Positions 48,030-57,662 are shown, counted from the stretch's first letter. The stretch: DNA of 64,000 nucleotides from Pseudomonadota bacterium (GCA_021325135.1 JAJPHT010000015.1:96001-160000); one strand, 5' to 3'. The notes: generated from the sequence alone by a model not told the origin. Numbers and translations are program-made.

Positions 48030-49073
48030 TCAGACCCCGAACGAGTCCACGGTCGACCCGTCCGGAGCCAGCGCCTTGGCCTGCGCGCCCTGCTCCGTGA
48101 AGTCGACGAGGAGAAGCTCGTGCCCCTCGTGCCGCACCGCGCTCCACGAAGGGGGCGAGGTCTGGAAGTCGTCGTAGAGCGCCGCGCCGCCTCCGCCCGT
48201 GACGACGTAGGTCACGCCCTCGATGGCGCTCGTGCGCTCGTAGTTGTGCTCGTGGCCGGCCACGGCGAGCTTGACGCCGTGCCGCGCGAAGATGGGCGTG
48301 AACGCGTCCCGCGCCGCGGCGAGGCTTCCGTGCGTCTTGCCGCTGGAGTACCACGGGTGGTGCTCGACGGGCACAATCCAGCGCGCGCCCGCGGCCTGCG
48401 CGGCGCCGAGGTCCTGGTCGAGCCAGCGCGCCTGCGAGTCGGAGACCGCGTTGCTGTCGAGGACCACGACGTGCACGGGGCCCGCGTCGAAGCTGTAGTA
48501 CGTCGCGCCGCCGCGCAGGCTCTCCATCTGCGCGACGTCCAGCGGCGTGGAGACGTCGTGGTTGCCCGTCGCGTAGGCGATGGGGACGCCGGGAAGCGCC
48601 GTCGCGACGAGATCCATCCAGTGGTCCCAGCGGCGCTCGTCTCCGTCGGCGTACGCGACGTCGCCCACGTGGACCACGAGGTCCGGCTTCTGCGCGGCCG
48701 CCTCGGCGAGCACGCGCTCCGCGTCGGGGCCTTCGCCCGTGTCGCCCACGAAGACGACGCGGAGGTGGTCCGCCGCGGGCACGTGGAGCGTCGCGCCGCC
48801 CACGTCGACCGCGGAGCCGGGCGCCAGGTCGCGCAGCGCGTCGCGTTGCACGGCCTCGCGCTCCAGCCACGGGAACCCGGGCGTGGCGACCCAGCGGACC
48901 GTGGTCCCGCCCGCGATGCCGCCCGCGCGATGCACGACCGCGAAGTTGTCGTGGCCCGGCGCGACGACCACCTGGGGGATCGCGGGCTCGTCGCCGTGGA
49001 ACGCGACCACGAGGGGCGCGGCAACCGCGATGACCACGAGCACGACGGCGAGCGCGAGCCAGGAGCGGCGCAC
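48030..49073 (-). CDS. Purple acid phosphatase-type metallophosphoesterase, N-terminally anchored or secreted
   Basis: GDTG, GDVAY, GNHD, HHPWY, GHEHNYER. Confidence 0.9.
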   Translation of the reverse strand: MRRSWLALAVVLVVIAVAAPLVVAFHGDEPAIPQVVVAPGHDNFAVVHRAGGIAGGTTVRWVATPGFPWLEREAVQRDALRDLAPGSAVDVGGATLHVPAADHLRVVFVGDTGEGPDAERVLAEAAAQKPDLVVHVGDVAYADGDERRWDHWMDLVATALPGVPIAYATGNHDVSTPLDVAQMESLRGGATYYSFDAGPVHVVVLDSNAVSDSQARWLDQDLGAAQAAGARWIVPVEHHPWYSSGKTHGSLAAARDAFTPIFARHGVKLAVAGHEHNYERTSAIEGVTYVVTGGGGAALYDDFQTSPPSWSAVRHEGHELLLVDFTEQGAQAKALAPDGSTVDSFGV

Positions 49074-49110
49074 GCCCCGGGGGCGGCCGGAGCGCGCTTC
49101 AACGTTCCTG

Positions 49111-50367
49111 CTACCGGGGGGCGCGGCGCAGCGCGGCCGCGAGGGCGACGCCCGCGAGCGCCGCCGCGAGCCCGAGGCCCGGGGCGGGGCGGCTCTCCTG
49201 GGGCGAGGCCGTCGCGGCGGAGGCCGGCGCCTGCGGCTCCACGCGCTCGGCGCGGAACGAGTCCAGCACGGAGCCGTCCTCCGCGATCGTCCGCGCCGCG
49301 ATCTCCTTCGTCGTGATGGTCAGCAGGACGAACTCGTACCCCGCGTCCCGCTTCGCGCTCCAGCCGGGCTGCTGCGCGTCGAAGTCGTCGGCGTAGAGCG
49401 ATTCGCCGCCGCCCCCGCTGTCCACGTAGACGATGCCCTGCCCCTCCCGCCACGAGGAGCCGCGCGTCGCGGGCGTGCCGTTGAGGAGCGGCCACGTGCG
49501 CTCGTAAGCATGCGCGTGGCCGTAGAGCACGACATCCGCGCCGCCGGCCTGAAGCGCGGGGACGAGGGAGGCGCGCGCCGCGACGTCGGAGCCCCCGTCG
49601 CGCAGGTTGGAGGAGTAGAGAGGCCGGTGGAAGTAGACGACCGTCCAGGCGGAGGGGCGCGCCGCCAGCGAGGCGTTGAGGAACGCCAATTGCGCCTCGG
49701 GGCTCGTGCCGGGCTTCAGGCCCGGGTCCTGGTGGTAGGCCTCGGTGTCCAGCGCGACGAAGCGCGCGGGCCCATCGTCGAACGCGTAGAACGCGGAGGC
49801 CCCGGAGGCGGGGAAGCGCGCGCGGTACTGCGCGACCTCCGAGGCGCACACGAATGGCATGTCCCCGCCGCAGTACGTCTCGTGGTTCCCCATGGCGGCC
49901 ATCATGGGCACGCGCGAGGCGAGGGGCTCCACGCGCGCGAGCCACTCATCCCACTTGGCGGCGTCGCCGTTGGCGTAGGACACGTCGCCGCCCACGAGGA
50001 CGAGGTCGGGCGAGGCGTTCGCCACGGCATCCAGCATGCGCCACGAGTCCGCGGTGCGGCCCACGTCGGCCAGGAACGCGACGCGCAGGGGCCCGTCCGC
50101 CGGGGGGCGCGGGGCGATCTCGAAGGAGCGCCCGTCGACCTCGTAGCGCGTCGCGGTGGCAGGCAGGCGCGCGACCCACTGCCCGTCGACGCCCGCGCCG
50201 ATCGCCGCCGCCTGCCCGCCGTCCCACCGGACCACAGGCGCGGGCGCGTCGGAGGCGAACGCGACAAGGTACGAGCCGCCGTCCCACGCGAGATGCACGC
50301 CCCGCGCTTCGGCCGCCGCGCCGGGGGCCAGGAGGGCGAGGAGCAGCAGGAGGAAGCCGATGCGCAC
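49111..50367 (-). CDS. Purple acid phosphatase-type metallophosphoesterase with PGF-CTERM-like anchor
   Basis: ADVG, GDVSY, GNHE, HRPLY, GHAHAYER; tail APGLGLAAALAGVALAAALRR. Confidence 0.9.
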   Translation of the reverse strand: MRIGFLLLLLALLAPGAAAEARGVHLAWDGGSYLVAFASDAPAPVVRWDGGQAAAIGAGVDGQWVARLPATATRYEVDGRSFEIAPRPPADGPLRVAFLADVGRTADSWRMLDAVANASPDLVLVGGDVSYANGDAAKWDEWLARVEPLASRVPMMAAMGNHETYCGGDMPFVCASEVAQYRARFPASGASAFYAFDDGPARFVALDTEAYHQDPGLKPGTSPEAQLAFLNASLAARPSAWTVVYFHRPLYSSNLRDGGSDVAARASLVPALQAGGADVVLYGHAHAYERTWPLLNGTPATRGSSWREGQGIVYVDSGGGGESLYADDFDAQQPGWSAKRDAGYEFVLLTITTKEIAARTIAEDGSVLDSFRAERVEPQAPASAATASPQESRPAPGLGLAAALAGVALAAALRRAPR

Positions 50368-50440
50368 GCCGCGCGGTGAGGCGCGGCTCGCTTCAAGCTC
50401 CCCGAACGGAGCGCGGAACTCTTGGCGTTCGGGGCAAAAG

Positions 50441-50557
50441 CGGGGGTTTCGGGGGGCGCAGCCCCCTGACGTTTTGGTCGTCTGCTGGAACGGGGCTTTC
50501 ACTTCAGGGGGCTTCGCCCCCTGAAACCCCCTCGGGTAGCGGCGCTGCGGCGCGGCC
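50441..50557. repeat. Palindromic repeat family 1, copy 2
   Basis: Reverse complement matches 15787-15892, including the spacer CCCGTTCCAGCAGACGA. Confidence 0.85.
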
Positions 50558-50578
50558 GAACGACGGCTTTGAAAAGTT

Positions 50579-50938
50579 CTAGGCCCACGGATTGTCGCGC
50601 AGGAAGGCCTGGTACTCGGCCAGCAGGAAGGCGACCGCCTTGCGCCGCTGCTCGACGGTGGAAGGGTCGTCGTTGCCGCGCAGGTGCGAGAGGACGGCGT
50701 GGATCTCCGCAACGCGCTCGCCGCCGGGGGGCCGCTCGTGGGCCACGTCCTCGCTGTGGAAGAAGAAGTAGTTCCGCAGCTCCGCGTCGGACTTCACCTC
50801 GTCGTACGAGGCGGTGAGCAGGCGGGCGCGGATCTCGCGGCGCTCCGCCTCGGCCAAGTCCTCGTACCAGGCGATCCAGTCCCGGGCGGGCTCGCGGCGG
50901 CCGACCGAGCGCTGGACCTGGGTGGGCGTCGCCTGCAT
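50579..50938 (-). CDS. Hypothetical helical protein
   Basis: ATG downstream of a TTTAAG promoter-like box; GC-ending codons. Confidence 0.7.
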   Translation of the reverse strand: MQATPTQVQRSVGRREPARDWIAWYEDLAEAERREIRARLLTASYDEVKSDAELRNYFFFHSEDVAHERPPGGERVAEIHAVLSHLRGNDDPSTVEQRRKAVAFLLAEYQAFLRDNPWA

Positions 50939-51019
50939 GGAGCCCCGGTTTGCCTTCCCGCCTTAAATACCCGACGCGCGTGGCGAGCAGGCGGCGGGGG
51001 CCGGCGGGCCCTGGGGCCT

Positions 51020-51820
51020 TCAGTCCTGCTTGGGGTTCTTGAGGAGCCGGCTGGTGATCTCCACCAGCGGGTGCTGGCCGAAGTCGTTGACCTCGATGTC
51101 GTCCAGCGAGTGCAGGCCGCTGGCGCGGGCGTTGCGCTCCAGGCCAAGCTCCAGGTCCTTGTCCAGCTTGAGGACGTAGGCGTCCAGCTTGTCGATGCCC
51201 ATCTGCCGCGCCGCCATGACGCGGTGGTGGCCGTCCACGAGCACCGGCTGGGGCCGCTTCATGATGACCATGATGGGCTCGGCGAGGCCGCGCTGAAGCT
51301 CGCGCTTGCGGCCCTGCAGCTCGTCTGCGTAGATGCGCTTCTGCGTGGGGAGCAGGTTCGCGATGGGCACCATCTCGCGCTCGATGGCGATCTCGACGCC
51401 GTAGAGCGACTCCAGCGTCTCCTTGAGCTTGAGCATCTTGCGCGGCGTCACGCGCTCGATGTGGCTGCGGATGATGTCGGTGGTGCTGATGATGCCCACC
51501 ATGTTGCCCTCGTCGTCCACGACGGGCAATTCCTTGACGCCCATGCGGAAGAGGATGCGCGCGGCGTCCTCGATGTCCATCTCGGGGTGCGCGACGACGG
51601 TGCCCTGCGCGATGATGTCGCGCACGCGCTTGTGGTGCGCGTCGATGTTGCGGAGAAGCTCCTTGGGCGTGAGGAAGCCCAGCAGGCGCGTGCCCTCGGC
51701 GACGGGCAGGCCGACGTGCCCCTCGCGGACCACCCGCTCCACGGCCTCCTTCACGGTGAGGTCCGGGTGCAGGCTGATGACCGTGCGGGTCATGTAGTCC
51801 TTCACGAGGAGCTTCTTCAC
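51020..51820 (-). CDS. CBS pair + ParB/Srx-like domain protein
   Basis: VKDYMTR and LPVVD CBS motifs; PTQ...EPI...LVDGHHR. Confidence 0.9.
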   Translation of the reverse strand: MKKLLVKDYMTRTVISLHPDLTVKEAVERVVREGHVGLPVAEGTRLLGFLTPKELLRNIDAHHKRVRDIIAQGTVVAHPEMDIEDAARILFRMGVKELPVVDDEGNMVGIISTTDIIRSHIERVTPRKMLKLKETLESLYGVEIAIEREMVPIANLLPTQKRIYADELQGRKRELQRGLAEPIMVIMKRPQPVLVDGHHRVMAARQMGIDKLDAYVLKLDKDLELGLERNARASGLHSLDDIEVNDFGQHPLVEITSRLLKNPKQD

Positions 51821-51886
51821 GGGGCGCCATCACGGCGTGCCGCGCATAAGCCTTGCCGGTTGCAGGAGGGTTGGCTCCCTGGTCTT

Positions 51887-51990
51887 GCGGGTCCAAAGAA
51901 CGCGATGAGCGCAAAGAGCGCAAAGGACGCGATGAAAGAAGGCGTGGCGACCTTGGCGCTCTTCGCGCTCATCGCGTTCTTTGGACCCGC
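51887..51990. repeat. Palindromic repeat family 2, copy 2
   Basis: Perfect 26-bp arms GCGGGTCCAAAGAACGCGATGAGCGC. Confidence 0.85.
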
Positions 51991-51995
51991 CGACC

Positions 51996-52649
51996 TCAGC
52001 CAAGCATCAGCCGCGCGTTGTCCAAGGACTCCAGAATCGCCGAGCGCGCCCCGCCCTCGATGGCGCCCATGTGGCCCGGGTAGACGTTCACGGGGTCGAG
52101 CGCCGCGAGCCGCTCCAGGGAGCGGAGGAGCGTGCGCGCGTCGCCGCCGGGCAGGTCGACGCGGCCGAAGGAGCCGCCCTCGAACACCACATCGCCGCTG
52201 AAGAGGCTGCGGCTCTCGGGGTCCCAGAGCGCGGTGTGCGCGGGCGAGTGGCCGGGCACGAGGAGCACCTCCAGCGCGCGACGGCCCAGCGTGACGACGT
52301 CCTTCTCGCGCAGCGGCGTCACGGGGTGCGCCTCCATCTCCCCGCCGAAGAGGGCGGCGCCGGTGGCGACGGGGTCGCCGGTCTCCACCGCGAACGCCTC
52401 GTCCTCGTGCATGAGGAGGGGCGCGCCGGTAAGGCGGGCGACGCGCGCCGCGCCGCCGACGTGGTCGACGTGCAGGTGCGTGAGGTACGCCGCGTCCACC
52501 TTCACGCCTGCGAGGGCGCGGCGCAAGGCCGGCTCGAAGGCGGGCCAGTCCATGCCGCTGCTGGCGTCGACGACGAGCGCGCGGTCCCCCTCGCGGGCGA
52601 CGAAGACGTTCACGCCGAAGGGCGCGCTCAGGAGGCGCGTGACCCGCAT
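51996..52649 (-). CDS. MBL-fold metallo-hydrolase (glyoxalase II-like)
   Basis: THLHVDHVGG, PGHSPAH, FSGD, YPGH. Confidence 0.92.
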   Translation of the reverse strand: MRVTRLLSAPFGVNVFVAREGDRALVVDASSGMDWPAFEPALRRALAGVKVDAAYLTHLHVDHVGGAARVARLTGAPLLMHEDEAFAVETGDPVATGAALFGGEMEAHPVTPLREKDVVTLGRRALEVLLVPGHSPAHTALWDPESRSLFSGDVVFEGGSFGRVDLPGGDARTLLRSLERLAALDPVNVYPGHMGAIEGGARSAILESLDNARLMLG

Positions 52650-52924
52650 CACGCCGTGCTCCTGATCTCGAAGGACTTGAGCCCTTCCTCCGCCTCGTCC
52701 TTGCGGTCGACGTAGGTCGGGCGCGAGAGGGGCGGCCCGACGCGGCACCACGCGACCATGGCGTCCACTGCCTCGCCGGGGCCCTCGAAAACGGCCTCCA
52801 CGCGCCCGTCGCGAAGGTTGCGCACCCAGCCGCCCACGCCGCGCCGCTGGGCTTCCTGCCGCGTGCCGTCGCGGTAGAACACGCCCTGGACCTTGCCGGA
52901 GACGAAGACGTGCGCCCGCGCCAC
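52649..52924 (-). CDS. acyP: Acylphosphatase
   Basis: VSGKVQGVFYR, GWVRNLRDGRVE. Confidence 0.95.
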   Translation of the reverse strand: MARAHVFVSGKVQGVFYRDGTRQEAQRRGVGGWVRNLRDGRVEAVFEGPGEAVDAMVAWCRVGPPLSRPTYVDRKDEAEEGLKSFEIRSTA

Positions 52925-53007
52925 GCCCCGCGAGCCGGGCCCCGCCGCAAGAGGATTTCCCCCAGGTGGGCGAAGCCTCAAGCGCCATGAGCCCCGAGTG
53001 CGGGACG

Positions 53008-53412
53008 ATGAACGAGGACCTGGAGCTGCAGGCCATCCGCGACCGGCTGCGCGCCGAGATGACGGCGCCCAGGCCCGCCGCGCCCCCGCTGGACCACCCC
53101 GTCGAGGTGACGGACGAAGGGTTCGCGGACCTCGTGCGCGCGCACGACCTCGTCGTGGTCGACGTGTGGGCCGAGTGGTGCGGGCCGTGCCGCATGGTGG
53201 GCCCCATCGTGGACCAGCTGGCGAAGGAGATGGCGGGCCAGGTCGTCTTCGGCAAGCTCGACGCCGACACGAACCCGGCCGTCATGCAGGCCTTCGGCAT
53301 CCAGGGCATCCCCACGCTCCTGGTGTTCCGCCACGGCCGCCTGGTCGACCGCCTGGTCGGCGCCATGCCCAAGGCCAACCTGGCGGCGGCGATCCGGCGC
53401 CATGCCGGGTGA
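53008..53412 (+). CDS. trxA: Thioredoxin
   Basis: WAEWCGPC, IQGIPT. Confidence 0.93.
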   Translation: MNEDLELQAIRDRLRAEMTAPRPAAPPLDHPVEVTDEGFADLVRAHDLVVVDVWAEWCGPCRMVGPIVDQLAKEMAGQVVFGKLDADTNPAVMQAFGIQGIPTLLVFRHGRLVDRLVGAMPKANLAAAIRRHAG

Positions 53413-53460
53413 GGAAGCGGCCAGAAGCGATTTCCCCGCGTTGGCGCGCGAGAAAGGAGC

Positions 53461-54168
53461 ATGGACGAGCCACGCAGCGATCGATACACCGCCTCGGACG
53501 TCATGCGGGCCACCGAGCCCGTCGTCGCGCCCGTCGCTCCCGAGAACGACGTCCCCGTCACCGAGGGGGAGCCCGGCGCGCCCGTCTACGAGCGCACGCG
53601 CGTCGAGCGGTTCGACGAGGACCGCGGATTCTCCTTCCTGGACAGCTTCCTGGGCTGGAACGTCGCCGCCTTCTGGATGCTGGTGCTCACGGGCATCGCG
53701 CTGGCGATCCTGGGCGCCGCGGCCTACAGCTCCGGGGCCACGGCCGCCAACGGGGTCTTCACCATCCCCAACCTCCAGGGGCTCACCATCGCCGGCATCG
53801 TCGGCCTCTTCGTCGCGCAGTTCCTGGCCTACCTCATCGGGGGCTACGCCGCGGGCCGCATGGCGCGGGGCTCCGGCGTCGCCAACGGCACGGGCGTCGC
53901 CGTGTGGGGCGTCGTCATCGCGCTCCTCGTGGGCGCGCTGGTCTACGGCCTGGGCACGCAGTACGACCTGGGCTACTGGGCGAGCTTCTACGGCGTCAGC
54001 TTCGCCAACTGGACGGGGCAGGTCGTCCTCGTCCTCGCGCTGACCCTCGTCGCCATGTTCCTGGGCGCCATCCTGGGCGGCATGCTGGGCGCGCGCCCCT
54101 ACGAGCGCGCCTACGTCGAGGGCGTCGAGCGCCGCCGCGGCGTGTACCGCCGCGGGCGGCCGCTCTGA
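53461..54168 (+). CDS. 4-TM membrane protein
   Basis: AGGAG RBS; GGYAAGRMA; hydrophobic segments. Confidence 0.75.
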   Translation: MDEPRSDRYTASDVMRATEPVVAPVAPENDVPVTEGEPGAPVYERTRVERFDEDRGFSFLDSFLGWNVAAFWMLVLTGIALAILGAAAYSSGATAANGVFTIPNLQGLTIAGIVGLFVAQFLAYLIGGYAAGRMARGSGVANGTGVAVWGVVIALLVGALVYGLGTQYDLGYWASFYGVSFANWTGQVVLVLALTLVAMFLGAILGGMLGARPYERAYVEGVERRRGVYRRGRPL

Positions 54169-54292
54169 GGCGGGCCGAGTTCCACTTCGGCAGCTTCAAG
54201 AGTCGCGGCGCCTCCTGGGCGAAGCGGGATTGCACGCCGCATCGCTGGCGCCTCAGCCTGCGGCCCGTCACGCTCACCGGAGGGATCGCCCC

Positions 54293-55492
54293 TTGAAGTC
54301 CTTGATCCAAGACGCCATCGCGCGGGCCAACCAGGAGACCCGCGTGCCTCTTGCTCCCGCCGCCGCTGCCGCGCCCGTCTACCGCCCGCCCGCGCCCGCC
54401 GCGGCGCCGCAGGAGGCGAAGCCCACCACCGGCACGACGGACGACGAGCTGGCCGCGATGCTGGGCGGCCTCAACACCAAGATCAAGGTGCTCGGGTGCG
54501 GCGGAGGCGGCAGCAACACCATCGTGCGCCTCATGCAGGCGAGCCTCGAAGGGTGCGACCTCGTCGCGGTGAACACCGACGCGCAGCACCTCCTCAACAT
54601 CAAGGTCCCCACGAAGGTCCTCATCGGCAAGGCCACGACGCGCGGGCTGGGCGCGGGCGCCCTGCCGCAGATCGGCGAGAAGAGCGCGCTGGAGGCCGAG
54701 CAGGAGATCCGCAAGCAGATCGACGGCGCGGACATGGTCTTCATCACCGCCGGCATGGGCGGCGGCACCGGCACGGGCTCGGCGCCCGTCGTCGCGAAGA
54801 TCGCCAAGGACCTGGGCGCCCTCACCATCGCGGTCGTCACGATGCCCTTCAAGGTGGAGGGCGCGGTGCGCATGGAGAACGCCGAGGCGGGCCTCGCGCG
54901 CCTGCGCGAGTGCGCGGACACCACCATCGTCATCCCCAACGACAAGCTCCTGGAGATCGCGCCCAACCTGCCCCTGCAGGCGGCGTTCCGCGTCGCGGAC
55001 GAGATTCTCATCCGCAGCATCCGCGGCCTGACCGAGATGATCACGAAGCCGGGCCTCGTGAACCTCGACTTCGCGGACCTCAACACCATCATGAAGAAGG
55101 GCGGCGTCGCCATGATCGGCCTGGGCGAGAGCGACACCGAGTCGCGCGCCCGCGCCGCCGTGGACGAGGCGCTCTCCTCGCCCCTGCTCGACGTCGACAT
55201 CAGCCACGCCAGCGGCTGCCTCGTGGAGGTCGTGGGCGGCAACGACATGACCCTCGCCGAGGCGCAGGAGGTCGTGCAGACCGTCCACGAGCGCGTGGGC
55301 CCCGACTGCCGCATCATCTGGGGCGCCAGCGTGAACCCCGCGCAGGGGCGCACCATCCGCGTCATGCTCGTCGTGACCGGCGTCAAGAGCAAGCAGATCT
55401 ACGGCCTGACGCCCAGCGCGCCCAAGCTTGTCAAGGACCCGCGCACCGTGCGCAAGCCGGGCGAGATGCAGGACGTCGACTTCGTGATCTAA
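54293..55492 (+). CDS. ftsZ: Cell division protein FtsZ (FtsZ1-type)
   Basis: GGGTGTG, VNTDAQHL, NLDFAD; N-terminus MKSLIQDAI...TDDEL typical of archaeal FtsZ1; GGAGGG RBS before TTG. Confidence 0.97.
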   Translation: MKSLIQDAIARANQETRVPLAPAAAAAPVYRPPAPAAAPQEAKPTTGTTDDELAAMLGGLNTKIKVLGCGGGGSNTIVRLMQASLEGCDLVAVNTDAQHLLNIKVPTKVLIGKATTRGLGAGALPQIGEKSALEAEQEIRKQIDGADMVFITAGMGGGTGTGSAPVVAKIAKDLGALTIAVVTMPFKVEGAVRMENAEAGLARLRECADTTIVIPNDKLLEIAPNLPLQAAFRVADEILIRSIRGLTEMITKPGLVNLDFADLNTIMKKGGVAMIGLGESDTESRARAAVDEALSSPLLDVDISHASGCLVEVVGGNDMTLAEAQEVVQTVHERVGPDCRIIWGASVNPAQGRTIRVMLVVTGVKSKQIYGLTPSAPKLVKDPRTVRKPGEMQDVDFVI

Positions 55493-55521
55493 AATTCAGA
55501 CGTTCGTCGCGCGCGCAAAAT

Positions 55522-55612
55522 GGGGGGTTTCAGGGGGCGAAGCCCCCTGACGTGTTGATCGTTGGATCAGAGAGACGGACACGTCATGGGGGCTCGCCCC
55601 CCTGCGCTCCCC
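55522..55612. repeat. Palindromic repeat family 1, copy 3 (different spacer)
   Basis: GGGGTTTCAGGGGGCGAAGCCCCCTGACGTGT ... ACACGTCATGGGGGCTCGCCCCC. Confidence 0.8.
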
Positions 55613-57016
55613 TTAGCCAAACGTCGGCCCATCCGTCTGCACGGCGTAGACCGCCGGCGCCAGGGGGATGTACGCGAAGGGGCCGAGCACGGGCAGCGGC
55701 GTCGTGAGGATGCCGTAGTCCGAGGGCCCGGTCTGGTAGTCCGAGGCGTACACGTAGGCCAGCCGGCCCGTGGTCGGGTCGACGCGCACGGTCACGAAGT
55801 CGAACAGGCTGCGGCCCAGGTCGCCCTGGTGGACCGGCGCGGGGTCCGCGTCCATCACGGAGAACGCGGGCGTCGCGGAGGTCGCGTCCAGGGAGTACGC
55901 GAGGCGCGCGTAGTAGAGCGCGTCGTCCGAGGCGCTTCCGGTGCGGTGGCTGGCGGCGGCGTCGGTGCCGTAGTAGGCGATGGCCACCTTGCCGGGTGCC
56001 CCCGCGACGATCCACACCTCGTGGGCGTCCCCTTGCGGCGAGGCGCTGACCTCCAGGGGTGCGAGCCAGGTCTGCCCGCCGTCGAGGCTGCGGCTGAACC
56101 AGATGTCCGCGCCCGAGCCGTCGGCGCGCGACTCGGACCACGCGACGTACAGGTTGCCCGCGCTGTCGGTGGCGAGGGCCGGGAAGTGGTTGTTGACCGG
56201 GCCGGGGACCTGCGCGACGAGGCTGGAGGTCCACGTCAGGCCGCCGTCCACGGACTTGGCGACCATGATGCGCGCGGGCGTGTTGAACAGCGGGACGAGC
56301 GTGTTCGTCGGGTCGTCGAGGCCCGTGCGGAACATGGGGTACACCATGTAGACCTCGTGGCTCGCGCCCAGGGCGAGGTTGCCCTCGATGCCCACGTGCC
56401 AGAGCCCGTCGGACGAGACGCGGGGCAGCGCAAGGCTCACGAAGGGGAACGTGACGCCCCCGTCGGTGCTCTTGACCACGTAGACGCCGGACTCCAGCTG
56501 CTGGAAGGCGAGGTACACGGTGTCCCCGTCGGCCTCCATCCACTGGCGGTCCACCACCGGGACGGCGCCGCCCACAGGGTTCGTGACGAGGAAGCTCTCG
56601 CCGCGGTCCATGGAGGTGGAGACGCTGACCTCGCCGGCCCACAGGTCGGCGTACACGACGTTGCCGTTGGCGGGGAGCGCCAGCTCGGAGTCGCCCGAGC
56701 CCACCCCCGCGCCGCGCAGGTAGAGCGGCAGGCCCATGTCCTTGAGCTGGAAGGTGCGCCCGTGGTCGTCGCTGCGCCAGAGCAGGCCCGACTTGCACGC
56801 GCTGTTGTCAAGCCCGCAGGGCGCGGCCACGTACACCGTGCCGTCGGGCGCGATGCGCAGGCTGGGCTCCGTCCCGCTGCGCGTCGGGTCCACGACGGTC
56901 CGCTGGCCGAAGACCGGCGCGGACGGGGCGCCCACGCCCGTGGCGGGGCCCAGGAAGAGCACCGCGACCAGCGTCGCGGCGAGGACGATCGGGATGGCAC
57001 GGGGGATGGCACGCAC
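55613..57016 (-). CDS. Secreted BNR/Asp-box beta-propeller (sialidase-like) protein
   Basis: SDDHGRTF, SMDRGESF, STDGGVTF, SVDGGLTW, SLDGGQTW. Confidence 0.88.
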   Translation of the reverse strand: MRAIPRAIPIVLAATLVAVLFLGPATGVGAPSAPVFGQRTVVDPTRSGTEPSLRIAPDGTVYVAAPCGLDNSACKSGLLWRSDDHGRTFQLKDMGLPLYLRGAGVGSGDSELALPANGNVVYADLWAGEVSVSTSMDRGESFLVTNPVGGAVPVVDRQWMEADGDTVYLAFQQLESGVYVVKSTDGGVTFPFVSLALPRVSSDGLWHVGIEGNLALGASHEVYMVYPMFRTGLDDPTNTLVPLFNTPARIMVAKSVDGGLTWTSSLVAQVPGPVNNHFPALATDSAGNLYVAWSESRADGSGADIWFSRSLDGGQTWLAPLEVSASPQGDAHEVWIVAGAPGKVAIAYYGTDAAASHRTGSASDDALYYARLAYSLDATSATPAFSVMDADPAPVHQGDLGRSLFDFVTVRVDPTTGRLAYVYASDYQTGPSDYGILTTPLPVLGPFAYIPLAPAVYAVQTDGPTFG

Positions 57017-57130
57017 TCCGCTCACTCCGGGCCGCGCAGCGGCGAGCCGCCAGAAGCCGCTTCTGCGCAGAGCGTATGCCGGGCGCGCGTTCCCCAAGGT
57101 TCAAGCCCCGGCGGGGCAGATGGGCTGTCG

Positions 57131-57220
57131 ATGTGCGCCACCGAGTCCGAGTGCTCCTGCGACTGCTCCACCTTCTTCGGCCGCGACGGGAAGCGCCGCG
57201 GCAACAGCGACCTCTTCTGA
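57131..57220 (+). CDS. 29-aa Cys-rich microprotein MCATESECSCDCSTFFGRDGKRRGNSDLF
   Basis: All sense codons end in G/C; promoter-like CAAGGTTCAAG about 30 nt upstream. Confidence 0.65.
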   Translation: MCATESECSCDCSTFFGRDGKRRGNSDLF

Positions 57221-57226
57221 GCCCCG

Positions 57227-57589
57227 TCACGGGAGCTTGAAGTGCGGGTTCTCGATGAGCCCGATCACGTTCCCGAAGGGGTCCTTCACGGTGGCGACGC
57301 GGATGCCGCCGCCCACGTCCTGCACGTCCCCCTCGGGGGCGGCGCCCGCCGCGAGGGCGGCCCGGTGCGCCGCGACGACGTCCTTCACGCCCCAGTAGGC
57401 GACGGGGCCCTCACCGCGCGTCACGCCCTCCACGTCGGGGTCGAGGCCAAGCTCGTACCCCCCGACGTTGAAGCCCACGTAGAAGGGCTCGTCGAAGTAG
57501 GGCTGGATGCCGAACGTCCTGGAGTACCAGGCCTTCGCCCGGGCGAGGTCCTCGACGGGGTAGATCACGGTGCGGAGCCCTTGGAGCAC
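57227..57589 (-). CDS. VOC/glyoxalase family protein
   Basis: GLRTVIYPVEDL, YFDEPFYVGF, DPFGNVIGLIEN. Confidence 0.9.
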   Translation of the reverse strand: MLQGLRTVIYPVEDLARAKAWYSRTFGIQPYFDEPFYVGFNVGGYELGLDPDVEGVTRGEGPVAYWGVKDVVAAHRAALAAGAAPEGDVQDVGGGIRVATVKDPFGNVIGLIENPHFKLP

Positions 57590-57662
57590 GGAGTCGCCTC
57601 GGGCGCCATGACCCAACGCGCGGTGCATGATCCCTTGGTCGGGCGGGCCGAAGGTGGACCCG

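Noticed and set aside
57090-57120. GGTTCAAGCCC resembling a tRNA T-loop
   Set aside because: No T-stem or cloverleaf; better read as a promoter-like element
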